DNA of 30,580 bases from NCBI GenBank assembly GCA_016840085.1, contig JAEOTA010000031.1:1-30580 (forward strand), in the 5' to 3' direction. Positions 1-7,910 of this stretch are shown piece by piece (within the stretch, counting starts at the first letter, position 1; the number at the start of each line of letters is the position of its first letter). The notes under the pieces were generated by a model. It was given only the letters and a program-made list of their open reading frames with translations, was not told where the DNA came from and made no database searches. The translations under genes were made by a program, and so were the position numbers. The stretch comes from Promethearchaeota archaeon (lineage in GTDB: Archaea > Asgardarchaeota > Lokiarchaeia > Sigyniarchaeales > SOKP01).

Positions 1-162
1 CCTCAAATGCTCCATAAAACTTCATATAAATTACTGATTTGACTTAAGAAAATAAGAAAATAATGTCGGATTAAAATTTAAAGGTGATTGAAGATTTAAA
101 AAAAGAAGGTAAATTAAAAATTATCAAAGAAGCTTTAAAAGACATTTTTAATTTGTGATTTT

Positions 163-1593
163 ATGAGGATCTTCTTAGTCATATTTGATTCTTTAAGAAA
201 AGATCATACAGGAAAAACTTATAGTAATGATTGGATACACACTCCTACTTTTGACGAATTCGCGAAAGATTCGATTGTTTTTGAGAAAGCCTATCCCGAA
301 TCTTTAGCTACAATTCCTGTGCGAAGAGCTATCCATACGGGGCTTCGTACATTTCCTTTCAATCATACTAAGCCAAAATTACGCACTGATGATGTAGTTA
401 AATTACCCGGATGGGATCCTATACCTCCAAAGCAAATTCATTTAGCAGAATACCTAAAAACTGAGGGATATTTTTCATCATTCATCACTAGCACTTATCA
501 CCAGTTTAAACCTAATATGAATTTTCATCTAGGATTCGATCAGTGGAATTGGATTAGAGGTCATGAGAGTGATAAATATAGGGTGAGATATAGGGAAGAT
601 AAAGTAAAGTTTAGAGATGTTATTGAAGATTATATTGTGAAAAAAGATTCAGTTGCTAGATTTCACCAAAAGCAAATCTTAAACGTGTATCTTTCTAATG
701 TTCAAGATAGAAAAAATGAGGAAGAATTCTTTCCAGCTCAAACTTTCGAGAAAGCAATTGAATGTATTAAAGATACAAAGAAACTTAACAATGTTTTATG
801 TGTTATTGATGAATTTGATCCTCATGAGCCGTGGGATCCACCACCTAATTATTTAGACCTTTATTCTGATAAAAATTATTCAGGTAGTAAAATTATCACT
901 CCGTCATATTCCGAAAATATTGATTACCTTTCTGAAGATGAATTAAAATATCTGAGAGCTTGTTATGCAGGAGAGGTTTCCTTATGTGATCATTGGTTTG
1001 GATACTTTATTGAAGAATTGAAAAATTTGGAGTTATATGAAAATTCATTAATTATTTTTATAAGCGATCATGGGCATAGTATTGGAGAACATAATGCGAC
1101 AGGTAAATTACCAATGTTTATGTACCCTGAGTTAGTAGATATTCCCTTTATGATTAAACCTCCAGGTGGAATAAACGGTCCAAAAAGAATAAAGAAATCA
1201 TACGTGTATTGTCATGATATTTTACCCGTAATTTTTGGATTTTTAGGTAAACCTATACCTGAAGTCTTTCAAGGAATTGATCTTTCAATCTTTCAAGATG
1301 AAGATGATCACTTAATTGAAAATCGAGATTATGTGACATGTGGTTATAGCATCTGTACTCTGTATAAAGACGATAATTATGCTCTAATAACTACTAATGA
1401 TAAACAACATCAGAAATTATTTGATTTAAAAAAAGACCCAGAATGGAATAAAAACATAGCAAATGATAATCCAGAAATCTATGATAAACTCTTCAAAAAA
1501 ATTGAAAAAGATGCAAATGGAGACTTATTATTAGAATGGAAAACTAGCATGGATGAATTAAAGGATTGGTATATCCAAAAAAGGTCTTCCTGA
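163..1593 (+). CDS. Sulfatase-like hydrolase (alkaline phosphatase superfamily) with Thr at the nucleophile position
   Basis: N-terminal FDSLRKD metal motif, TPTFD, TIPVRRAIHTG (variant of [CS]xPxRxxxxTG), FDPHEPWDPP, SDHG and LFDLKKDPE, all typical sulfatase motifs. Confidence 0.9.
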   Translation: MRIFLVIFDSLRKDHTGKTYSNDWIHTPTFDEFAKDSIVFEKAYPESLATIPVRRAIHTGLRTFPFNHTKPKLRTDDVVKLPGWDPIPPKQIHLAEYLKTEGYFSSFITSTYHQFKPNMNFHLGFDQWNWIRGHESDKYRVRYREDKVKFRDVIEDYIVKKDSVARFHQKQILNVYLSNVQDRKNEEEFFPAQTFEKAIECIKDTKKLNNVLCVIDEFDPHEPWDPPPNYLDLYSDKNYSGSKIITPSYSENIDYLSEDELKYLRACYAGEVSLCDHWFGYFIEELKNLELYENSLIIFISDHGHSIGEHNATGKLPMFMYPELVDIPFMIKPPGGINGPKRIKKSYVYCHDILPVIFGFLGKPIPEVFQGIDLSIFQDEDDHLIENRDYVTCGYSICTLYKDDNYALITTNDKQHQKLFDLKKDPEWNKNIANDNPEIYDKLFKKIEKDANGDLLLEWKTSMDELKDWYIQKRSS

Positions 1594-1704
1594 TCTATGG
1601 TTTTGGCTATCCTCATTGGAGACCATTTCATTTAAGATTATTTCCCCCTTTTTCTTTTTCAATATACTCATGATAATTTGCATCTCTCAAAAACTTCAAT
1701 TTTA

Positions 1705-1752
1705 TTCCAAAGGGTTTTATAATATCCTTTTCACGCCATTTAATTAAGTTAA
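1705..1752 (+). promoter_or_regulatory. Putative archaeal promoter (BRE + TATA TTTTATAA at 1715-1722) of the Ubl gene
   Basis: TTCCAAAGGGTTTTATAATATC also occurs upstream of the duplicate copy at 16263-16284. Confidence 0.6.
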
Positions 1753-1792
1753 AAAAATAATTAAAAAAATAAAAAAATTTGATGTGATGTGA

Positions 1793-2128
1793 ATGAGTTT
1801 TGAAGATGAATTTGATGAGGATTTAGTTGACGAAGAACCAGTAAGATCAAAAACTCCAGCAACTAAAACTCCTTCAGCAGGAAAGAAATTAACGTTATAT
1901 TTCATGTCAACAATTGGTCCTGGTGAAAAGAAGGAAAAATTGACAGTAAATGATGACAGTCGTATAAAAGAAATCAAGCAAACTTTAGGCAACTTATTTG
2001 GACTTAATCCTAATGACTTTCATATATCGTCTGGTGGAGTCACAATGGATGACGAGGATCAGTTGAAAGACTATAGTGTAAGAAATGGCGATGACATTCT
2101 TTTAATACCTGCGAGTACTGCTGGATAA
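1793..2128 (+). CDS. Ubiquitin-like (UFM1-like) beta-grasp protein with an acidic N-terminal extension
   Basis: Beta-grasp pattern KLTV...IKEIKQTL..LFGL.P...I..GG..MDDED.LKDYSVRNGDDILLIP. It ends in an exposed single Gly (IPASTAG). GTGA-type RBS upstream and T-tract downstream. Confidence 0.8.
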   Translation: MSFEDEFDEDLVDEEPVRSKTPATKTPSAGKKLTLYFMSTIGPGEKKEKLTVNDDSRIKEIKQTLGNLFGLNPNDFHISSGGVTMDDEDQLKDYSVRNGDDILLIPASTAG

Positions 2129-2139
2129 ATCTCTATTCA

Positions 2140-2170
2140 ATTTTTATTTTTTTTTTATCTTTATCTTTTT
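2140..2170 (+). terminator. Oligo-T archaeal terminator after the Ubl gene
   Basis: Long T runs directly after the stop codon. The duplicate has a similar tract at about 16692-16735. Confidence 0.5.
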
Positions 2171-2210
2171 AAAGTGAGTACTTTTTTGGCTCCGGAACTA
2201 ATTGTTTATT

Positions 2211-2444
2211 TTATATAATCAAGCCAAGCTTTCTTAAAATCCAATCATCGATAATTAGTTCTTGTATTCCATTCTTATCCCTGGAAAATTCAGACTGAAT
2301 TGTAGTTTTAGGTATACACACAATTTTACCATCAGGCAATTTGATAAACACTGTTCGCTTGTTATCTTTCGCATAATAACACCTTACTACACTCACTGGT
2401 TCATATGAATCCTGATCCTTAATTATAAAATTGGACATCATCAA
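2211..2444 (-). CDS. Small hypothetical beta-rich protein
   Basis: 77-aa ORF with a protein-like pattern (IPKTTI...LIIDDWILRKLG). Confidence 0.65.
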   Translation of the reverse strand: MMMSNFIIKDQDSYEPVSVVRCYYAKDNKRTVFIKLPDGKIVCIPKTTIQSEFSRDKNGIQELIIDDWILRKLGLII

Positions 2445-2535
2445 CTAAATAAAATAAACATGAAATTTAAGAGAAGACGGTGTAGAAATTTAATGAATCA
2501 ATAAATTGAAAATCGTTGTTCCAAAAGTTCTCTAA

Positions 2536-2751
2536 TCATGTTGAACTAGCATACCTGTATTCTGAAAATCCCAGAATCGAATCACATGAGGGAAATGCCC
2601 ACATTTTAAGGCTATGCCAACCTCTTTCAAGAATCTCTCCTCTAAAACCTCTAATTTTTGTTTTAATTTTTCCTTTTTTAGTTTCTCTCGTTTGAACATC
2701 AAAAAAATCTTCTAAATAAAGTTCTTTTTTACAATATGGACATTTTGGCAT
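2536..2751 (-). CDS. Small Zn-ribbon-like protein (CPYC ... FPSC)
   Basis: N-terminal CPYC and a C-terminal degenerate knuckle WAFPSCDSILG. GAGGTG RBS upstream on the minus strand. Confidence 0.7.
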   Translation of the reverse strand: MPKCPYCKKELYLEDFFDVQTRETKKGKIKTKIRGFRGEILERGWHSLKMWAFPSCDSILGFSEYRYASST

Positions 2752-2863
2752 ATTCTTTTCACACCTCTATTTTTAAATTTTTTATTATATATAATTTGAA
2801 GATTAACTTTTATAATTACAGATTTAATATAATAGTACTATAAAAAGGTAAAATCTAAATTGG

Positions 2864-3118
2864 TTGAATCAGATGGACCTTATAATTTTTTTAAAAGATG
2901 GAACTCAGTATAAGATGAGGATCTGGAGACTAAAATCATGTGGAATTAATAACCAAATGTTCCTTCTCGTAAGTTGGAAAGAAGGTACTATAGAATTTCC
3001 TATTAATTCATTGAGTGGTTTTAAAATTGAAGGAACTAAAGTTTCAAGGATACCACAAAGTGGTGACGTTGCAGTTTTAAATGCAGCTTTAACAATCCTC
3101 ACAAAGTACTTACCTTAA
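2864..3118 (+). CDS. Small hypothetical protein
   Basis: 84-aa ORF (TTG start, or ATG at 2873) divergent from the Zn-ribbon gene and followed by a T-tract. Confidence 0.6.
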   Translation: MNQMDLIIFLKDGTQYKMRIWRLKSCGINNQMFLLVSWKEGTIEFPINSLSGFKIEGTKVSRIPQSGDVAVLNAALTILTKYLP

Positions 3119-3231
3119 TAATGAGATTTGAAATAATAATCATTAATTACCTCTTTTTTTTATTTTAGTTACTCTTACTAAAATTTGTCGGGGTCTTTAG
3201 ATTTATTTCTTAGCATTCTATTTAACTTCAT

Positions 3232-3423
3232 GTGGAAAAGCAAAAATCATATTTTGATTGGGAATTATCATTTCGGCAATCCTCTAAAAATGAGAGGGAA
3301 CACAAAAAAACAGATTTAAAACATCCTGGTTATGAAAATAATTCGTTAGGAATAAATCAAAAGGACTTTAAGAGGTTCCTAAAAAGATGGAAAAAGAAAA
3401 ATATTTCGAATACATATTTTTAG
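3232..3423 (+). CDS. Small basic hypothetical protein
   Basis: 63-aa ORF with a GTG start and no recognisable motif. Confidence 0.35.
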   Translation: MEKQKSYFDWELSFRQSSKNEREHKKTDLKHPGYENNSLGINQKDFKRFLKRWKKKNISNTYF

Positions 3424-3462
3424 TTTTTCCTTTAAATATAACAATATAGAATATGATTTACC

Positions 3463-3717
3463 ATGCAAGTAGATGAGATAATTTGCAGGATCTTTTATAA
3501 TGATGGTAATAATTCAATCCAAAGACATATCATAGCTATTATTGATAAAAGAAAATTATTTTCACCTGAAATTAATTTTATTGAGATTAAAAACTATGGA
3601 AATAAAGAACTTTGCAAGGAAAATATTAGAAAAATGGTAATATATGAAAATTTTAACAGAGTTATTCTAAATAATGATAGTCTAAAAACTAGCAGTTCTA
3701 TAAAAATGGAAGGATAA
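3463..3717 (+). CDS. Small hypothetical protein
   Basis: 84-aa ORF with an ATG start and an upstream TATA-like TTTAAATA. Confidence 0.5.
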   Translation: MQVDEIICRIFYNDGNNSIQRHIIAIIDKRKLFSPEINFIEIKNYGNKELCKENIRKMVIYENFNRVILNNDSLKTSSSIKMEG

Positions 3718-3725
3718 TAGAGAAT

Positions 3726-3947
3726 TTATTTGCCTAATTTTACTTTATGAGTCTCTATTGCTAAAGCCGCTATTAGTGTAATAGCTTCTAAAAATGATTC
3801 TTTTTTATCTTGGCTATCATCAAAACCGAGAAGATGATCAGTAACATGTATAGAATCAAATCCTAATTTTTCAACTTTTACCGTTGAGTCCCGAATTTCA
3901 GGATAAGTACGAGTTGTAGGATTTCTTACGCAATATCCAAATTTCAT
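3726..3947 (-). pseudogene. N-terminal fragment of an LLM-class (luciferase-like, F420-dependent type) oxidoreductase
   Basis: MKFG...EKLGFDSIHVTDHL...EAITLIAALAIETHKVKLG is the LLM N-terminus. It stops at 73 aa, whereas the family is about 300 aa. Confidence 0.85.
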
Positions 3948-4029
3948 AATTTCTAAAAAAAAGTAATCATATTAAGTTTTAGCAATATTTTAGAAGTGCC
4001 TCCTTTAAGAATTTTTTATAATTCTTAAT

Positions 4030-4140
4030 CTATGAACGTTTAAACATTCTCGCATACCTATAATAGCGCGTTCTTTTCTTGTAAGGCTTTTCAGGTCTTT
4101 TGAAAAAACAGTCATAGCAATAGATTGAAAATAATGGATT
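4030..4140 (-). pseudogene. C-terminal fragment of a paralog of the 5026-5250 Zn protein
   Basis: Manual translation NPLFSIYCYDCFFKRPEKPYKKRTRYYRYARMFKRS* versus DPFIIPYCPECFLNRPEKPYKRRRRYY in the intact gene. It has no start codon or N-terminal half. Confidence 0.8.
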
Positions 4141-4208
4141 TCTCTTTTATCATGGCTTTCACCAAAACCGAGAAGATGATCAGAAAAATGAATAGAATCA
4201 AATCCTAA
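4141..4208 (-). pseudogene. Second internal LLM oxidoreductase fragment
   Basis: Translates as LGFDSIHFSDHLLGFGESHDKRE versus LGFDSIHVTDHLLGFDDSQDKKE at about 3800-3866. CAAAACCGAGAAGATGATCAG is shared at DNA level. Confidence 0.8.
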
Positions 4209-4338
4209 AAGAGAGTTTTGAAATATAATAAATCGAGAATCTAGTATTGGTCTCGAAGTCTAAGAAAAGTTCGTGAAATAAAACTATATAATAAACTCTG
4301 TACTAACATTATTTAATACAGAATAAAGTGATAATAAA

Positions 4339-4740
4339 ATGGTTGTTAGCTCAGAATTCAAGAACAGGGATTTCCAAGACTCGATCAATTGTGGAATTTG
4401 TCATAGGGAAATCAAACAAGAAGCCGCAATTTTTCAGGAAGGGCTCAATTTTGGTGTTATTTGCTCTGAATGTTATATAAATAACTCAGAGGAGGAAATT
4501 GAGCTCATTTCTAACATGTTTTTAGCATTTGGTGGCTACTTTGGCATGTTAAAAGATCCTAATTATTCCTTCTATGAGATGCTAAAGGATTTAGTTAGAA
4601 AGATTCACGATAACAAAACTACAATTTCATCTGTAGAAATGAAAATTAGATTATTTCATACGGCATTATTACATGGTATTACTCCACGGGAGTTTGCAGA
4701 GTTAGATAATAGTCTATTAAAGTTTATGTACCAGTTCTAA
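4339..4740 (+). CDS. Zn-finger protein (CGIC...CSEC treble-clef-like) with a helical C-terminus
   Basis: Two CxxC pairs in a 133-aa ORF, GTGA RBS-like element. Confidence 0.75.
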   Translation: MVVSSEFKNRDFQDSINCGICHREIKQEAAIFQEGLNFGVICSECYINNSEEEIELISNMFLAFGGYFGMLKDPNYSFYEMLKDLVRKIHDNKTTISSVEMKIRLFHTALLHGITPREFAELDNSLLKFMYQF

Positions 4741-4768
4741 CGCCTAAGTGGTTAAACGAGGGTGAAAA

Positions 4769-4942
4769 ATGAGAAATTATTATGCACTTCAGGAATCTTT
4801 CGCATGTAGATATCGTCATTGTAACGAATGTAAGAGAGAACTAGATATTTCTAAGGATGAGGAAATTGTGTGTGCCTTATGTGGAGAAACCTTTTGTTCT
4901 CAGTGTATTAATATTCATCAAAGATTTTGTTATAGGATCTAA
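4769..4942 (+). CDS. Unannotated 57-aa two-zinc finger protein (B-box1/AN1/C1-like spacing)
   Basis: MRNYYALQESFACRYRHCNECKRELDISKDEEIVCALCGETFCSQCINIHQRFCYRI*. GAGGGTGA RBS just before the ATG. Too short for the ORF track. Confidence 0.8.
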   Translation: MRNYYALQESFACRYRHCNECKRELDISKDEEIVCALCGETFCSQCINIHQRFCYRI

Positions 4943-5025
4943 AGGCAAAAAACTTAAAATATCCCACCGCTCACTCTACATCGCATACCAAAAGAATTTA
5001 TAGACAATTTATTAATAACGTTTCA

Positions 5026-5250
5026 TTATATTCTTAGTTTTAGATGATTATTATAATAATATCTTCTACGTCGCTTGTAAGGTTTTTCAGGTCTGTTTAG
5101 AAAGCACTCAGGACAATAGGGGATGATAAATGGATCTTTCCATAATTTTTGTGCTCGTTTCAAGGATATTATAGGATTATCTCTCAAAAATATTTGATAT
5201 AGGATTGATTTTCCACAATCTCCACATTTTCTTGTTTTTATATACTCCAT
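5026..5250 (-). CDS. Small Zn-binding protein (CGDC...W...YCPECF) with a basic Arg/Tyr tail
   Basis: Two CxxC pairs, and a paralogous fragment at 4030-4140. Confidence 0.8.
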   Translation of the reverse strand: MEYIKTRKCGDCGKSILYQIFLRDNPIISLKRAQKLWKDPFIIPYCPECFLNRPEKPYKRRRRYYYNNHLKLRI

Positions 5251-5338
5251 AAATAAATTTTTTGGATGATGATAATATCCAAGATTGGATTAAAAGTACT
5301 TAAAGAATAAGGGAGTAACTATTTTCTTACTTTCTCTT

Positions 5339-7105
5339 TTAAATTTTCAAGGTGCTATTCATCAGATTATGGTATTTCTCTCTATCGAATATTTCATATC
5401 TATTAGAATCAGAATTCCAGAAATAAAGCTGATCCTGAATTTTATTGATATCATATCCTTGTTTTTTGAGGTTAACTTTCCTTAATTTATGAGTACCTGT
5501 AAATTCAAGACTGTCCTTAACACGAATGAAAATCGGAATTGCATATCTTGGAAGATTTTCAGATACAAATTGGGAAAATTGAGTCAAATCGAAAGAGTGC
5601 TTATCATTTAATTTAATTGAAGCCATACCCGCCTTTCCTTCTGAGTTTGGAATTTCAATACCGTATACAGTGCTGTTTTCAATGTTATCAAAACAATTAA
5701 TAATTGATTCAACTTCTAGAGTGGCTACATTTTCTCCTTTCCATCTGAAAGTATCTCCATATCTATCAGCAAAAGAAACCCAATTATCTTTATGAAGACT
5801 GACCAAATCACCAGTATTGAAGTATACATCCTCGGGTTCAAAAACATTCTTAAGAACTCTTTCTTCGGTTTTGTATTTATCTTTATAGCCTAGGAAATTT
5901 GACGTTTCTTCAATCTTAACTATCATCATACCGGTTTCTCCTGGCTTACATTTTATATAGAAGTTCTTCTCATCTTTAAAAAACTCGCCTGTTTCTTCCT
6001 CAATTTTCACTATTTCAATATATCCAAGTGTATTAATTCTTCCAATCATTCCTGGAACTTCTTCAATATTGAATAATCCACCAGCACCATCTGTTGCTCC
6101 ATAAAATTCTAAAATATGATCAATATCAAAACGAGATTTAAATTCTTCCCAGATATCTTTATGGAGTCCTAGACCTAGCATTTTTTTAAGTGTTGTATTT
6201 TTTACATATTCGGATTTAGGTCTATTGAGAAGATATCTCGGTAACTCTCCTATATAAAGAAAGCAAGTCACTCCATACTTTTTGATATCCTTCCAGAATT
6301 CTGAGGCTGAAAAACGTTTTCTTATCGCAAAAGCACAACCTCCATGTATAACACTACCCCATCCATTAACCATTGAATGAGAATGATATAAAGGTAAGGG
6401 GCTGTAAACCACATCGTTTTGGGTTAATTCTAATGCTAAATATCCAAATGGATTAAGAAGACGTGCATTACTCTGTAAAGCTGCTTTTGGAAGCCCAGTT
6501 GTCCCAGAAGTAAAAATATACATGCACATATCACGTAGATATGAATCATAGGTTGTATTAGGATTAGCTTTAGAAATAGACTCTAATTCTTTACGAGTAT
6601 TAATAAAATCATGCTTAATTTCGTTAGGATTATTAATAACAAATACATTGTCCTCATCGAGCTTAAGCTCTTTAAATACCTCATTAAAGGCAGGTAAGCT
6701 ATCCCTATCAATTACTATCCATTTTGGTTCACTTATCTTAAAAACATGAATTAATGCCTTTTTTCTTTGATTTATATTAATTAGAGAAGTTTTTCCTTGT
6801 ATTTTATTGATACCTGTTGTAAGGAAGAGAAATTCGGGAGAATTTTCCATCATAATCGCAATCATATCACCAGGTTTAACCCCAATTTTAAGAAAATAAT
6901 TGGAAATTTTATTGCTTTCCTGATTTAATGCTTGCCAAGACCATGAACTATCCTTATAAAATAAAGCAAATTCATTAGAAATATTTTCAGCGTGTTGTTC
7001 AGTTAAAATCCCTGGGCTTTGATTCGGATTTTTATTCGCATTTTCAATTATCTGATTAAGTCTTTCAAGATAATCAGCTTCTTTCGTTGTTAATTGAGAT
7101 TCCAT
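5339..7105 (-). CDS. Long-chain acyl-CoA synthetase, FATP/VLACS (FadD6-like) family
   Basis: AMP-binding motifs YIFTSGTTGLPKAA, YIGELPRYL, EFYGATDG, YFNTGDL, DRYGDTFRWKGENVAT, GKAGMA and TGTHKLRK. Confidence 0.95.
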   Translation of the reverse strand: MESQLTTKEADYLERLNQIIENANKNPNQSPGILTEQHAENISNEFALFYKDSSWSWQALNQESNKISNYFLKIGVKPGDMIAIMMENSPEFLFLTTGINKIQGKTSLININQRKKALIHVFKISEPKWIVIDRDSLPAFNEVFKELKLDEDNVFVINNPNEIKHDFINTRKELESISKANPNTTYDSYLRDMCMYIFTSGTTGLPKAALQSNARLLNPFGYLALELTQNDVVYSPLPLYHSHSMVNGWGSVIHGGCAFAIRKRFSASEFWKDIKKYGVTCFLYIGELPRYLLNRPKSEYVKNTTLKKMLGLGLHKDIWEEFKSRFDIDHILEFYGATDGAGGLFNIEEVPGMIGRINTLGYIEIVKIEEETGEFFKDEKNFYIKCKPGETGMMIVKIEETSNFLGYKDKYKTEERVLKNVFEPEDVYFNTGDLVSLHKDNWVSFADRYGDTFRWKGENVATLEVESIINCFDNIENSTVYGIEIPNSEGKAGMASIKLNDKHSFDLTQFSQFVSENLPRYAIPIFIRVKDSLEFTGTHKLRKVNLKKQGYDINKIQDQLYFWNSDSNRYEIFDREKYHNLMNSTLKI

Positions 7106-7221
7106 AGGTCTAACCTCATAAATTTTAACTTAAAATAGTGTTCAATTTACTATTGAGTACAATAATATTGGATAAAATGCTATATAAATTTTCAATAATA
7201 ATCCCTCAAAATGTCTAAGTG

Positions 7222-7250
7222 ATAGATTTTTGTGTAAATCTATAGATTTA
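7222..7250. promoter_or_regulatory. Palindromic candidate operator in a divergent intergenic region
   Basis: Perfect 16-bp palindrome TAAATCTATAGATTTA (7235-7250), plus an extra ATAGATTT half-site at 7222-7229. Confidence 0.45.
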
Positions 7251-7305
7251 TTTAATTCTTAAAAAAAAAGGTAAAAGCTATAAAATTTAAAACACAAAAC
7301 CATTT

Positions 7306-7878
7306 ATGATTTTAAGAATTGATCACGTCTCGTTAGCGGTAAAGGATTACGAAGGTGCTGTGGAATTTTTTACAAAAATACTTGGTGCTATTTCCCAATA
7401 TTATGGGACAGATAATAATCTAAAATACTATTGGGAAACTTTTGCACTTGGAGATCTTTCTCGATTTGAAATAATTAAACCAACTGGAAAAGGTAGTTTT
7501 CTTGAAAATTTCTTGAAAAACAAAGAAGGGGGGATTCATCATTTAGTACTTCAGACACCTGATATTGAAATGACTAAAAAGATTCTTGATAAAAATGATA
7601 TCCCCTATTTTGGATATCAAAATTATGGTGAACGGTGGAAAGAACTGTTTATTCATCCAAAAGATGCTTATGGTGTATTACTCCAGATAGCTGAATTTAA
7701 GCCATCAGATTGGCTTGCTCCGTCTTATGGTATGCCTGAAGGCAAAGTTTGGAATGTTGAAAGAAATAATGAAAAATATAACCTCATGTTCGCACATCCG
7801 GGCGGAGGGAAAGTGAAATTAACCTTAGATAGGGAAAATATAAAAGCGTTAATTGAGGATTTAAAAAATTTATTATGA
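7306..7878 (+). CDS. VOC-family (methylmalonyl-CoA epimerase-like) protein with a C-terminal extension
   Basis: IDHVSLAVKD, EIIKP...FL, GGIHHL, FIHPKDAYGVLLQIAE. The last Glu ligand of canonical Mce appears as Gln. Confidence 0.85.
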   Translation: MILRIDHVSLAVKDYEGAVEFFTKILGAISQYYGTDNNLKYYWETFALGDLSRFEIIKPTGKGSFLENFLKNKEGGIHHLVLQTPDIEMTKKILDKNDIPYFGYQNYGERWKELFIHPKDAYGVLLQIAEFKPSDWLAPSYGMPEGKVWNVERNNEKYNLMFAHPGGGKVKLTLDRENIKALIEDLKNLL

Positions 7879-7910
7879 TAGATTATATTGTTAAAGCCTG
7901 CTTTTAAAAT

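Noticed and set aside
63-158. Short coding-like stretch MSD*NLKVIEDLKKEGKLKIIKEALKDIFNL
   Set aside because: Too short, interrupted by a stop, and no recognisable family. It may be a remnant.
1744-1992. Antisense ORF over the Ubl gene (likewise 2905-3102, 8551-8751, 10083-11171, 13051-13293, 15056-15976, 17008-17208, 18490-19289, 22427-22864, 26440-26706, 27723-28261, 29690-29992)
   Set aside because: Shadow or alternate frames of well-supported genes, with no motifs.
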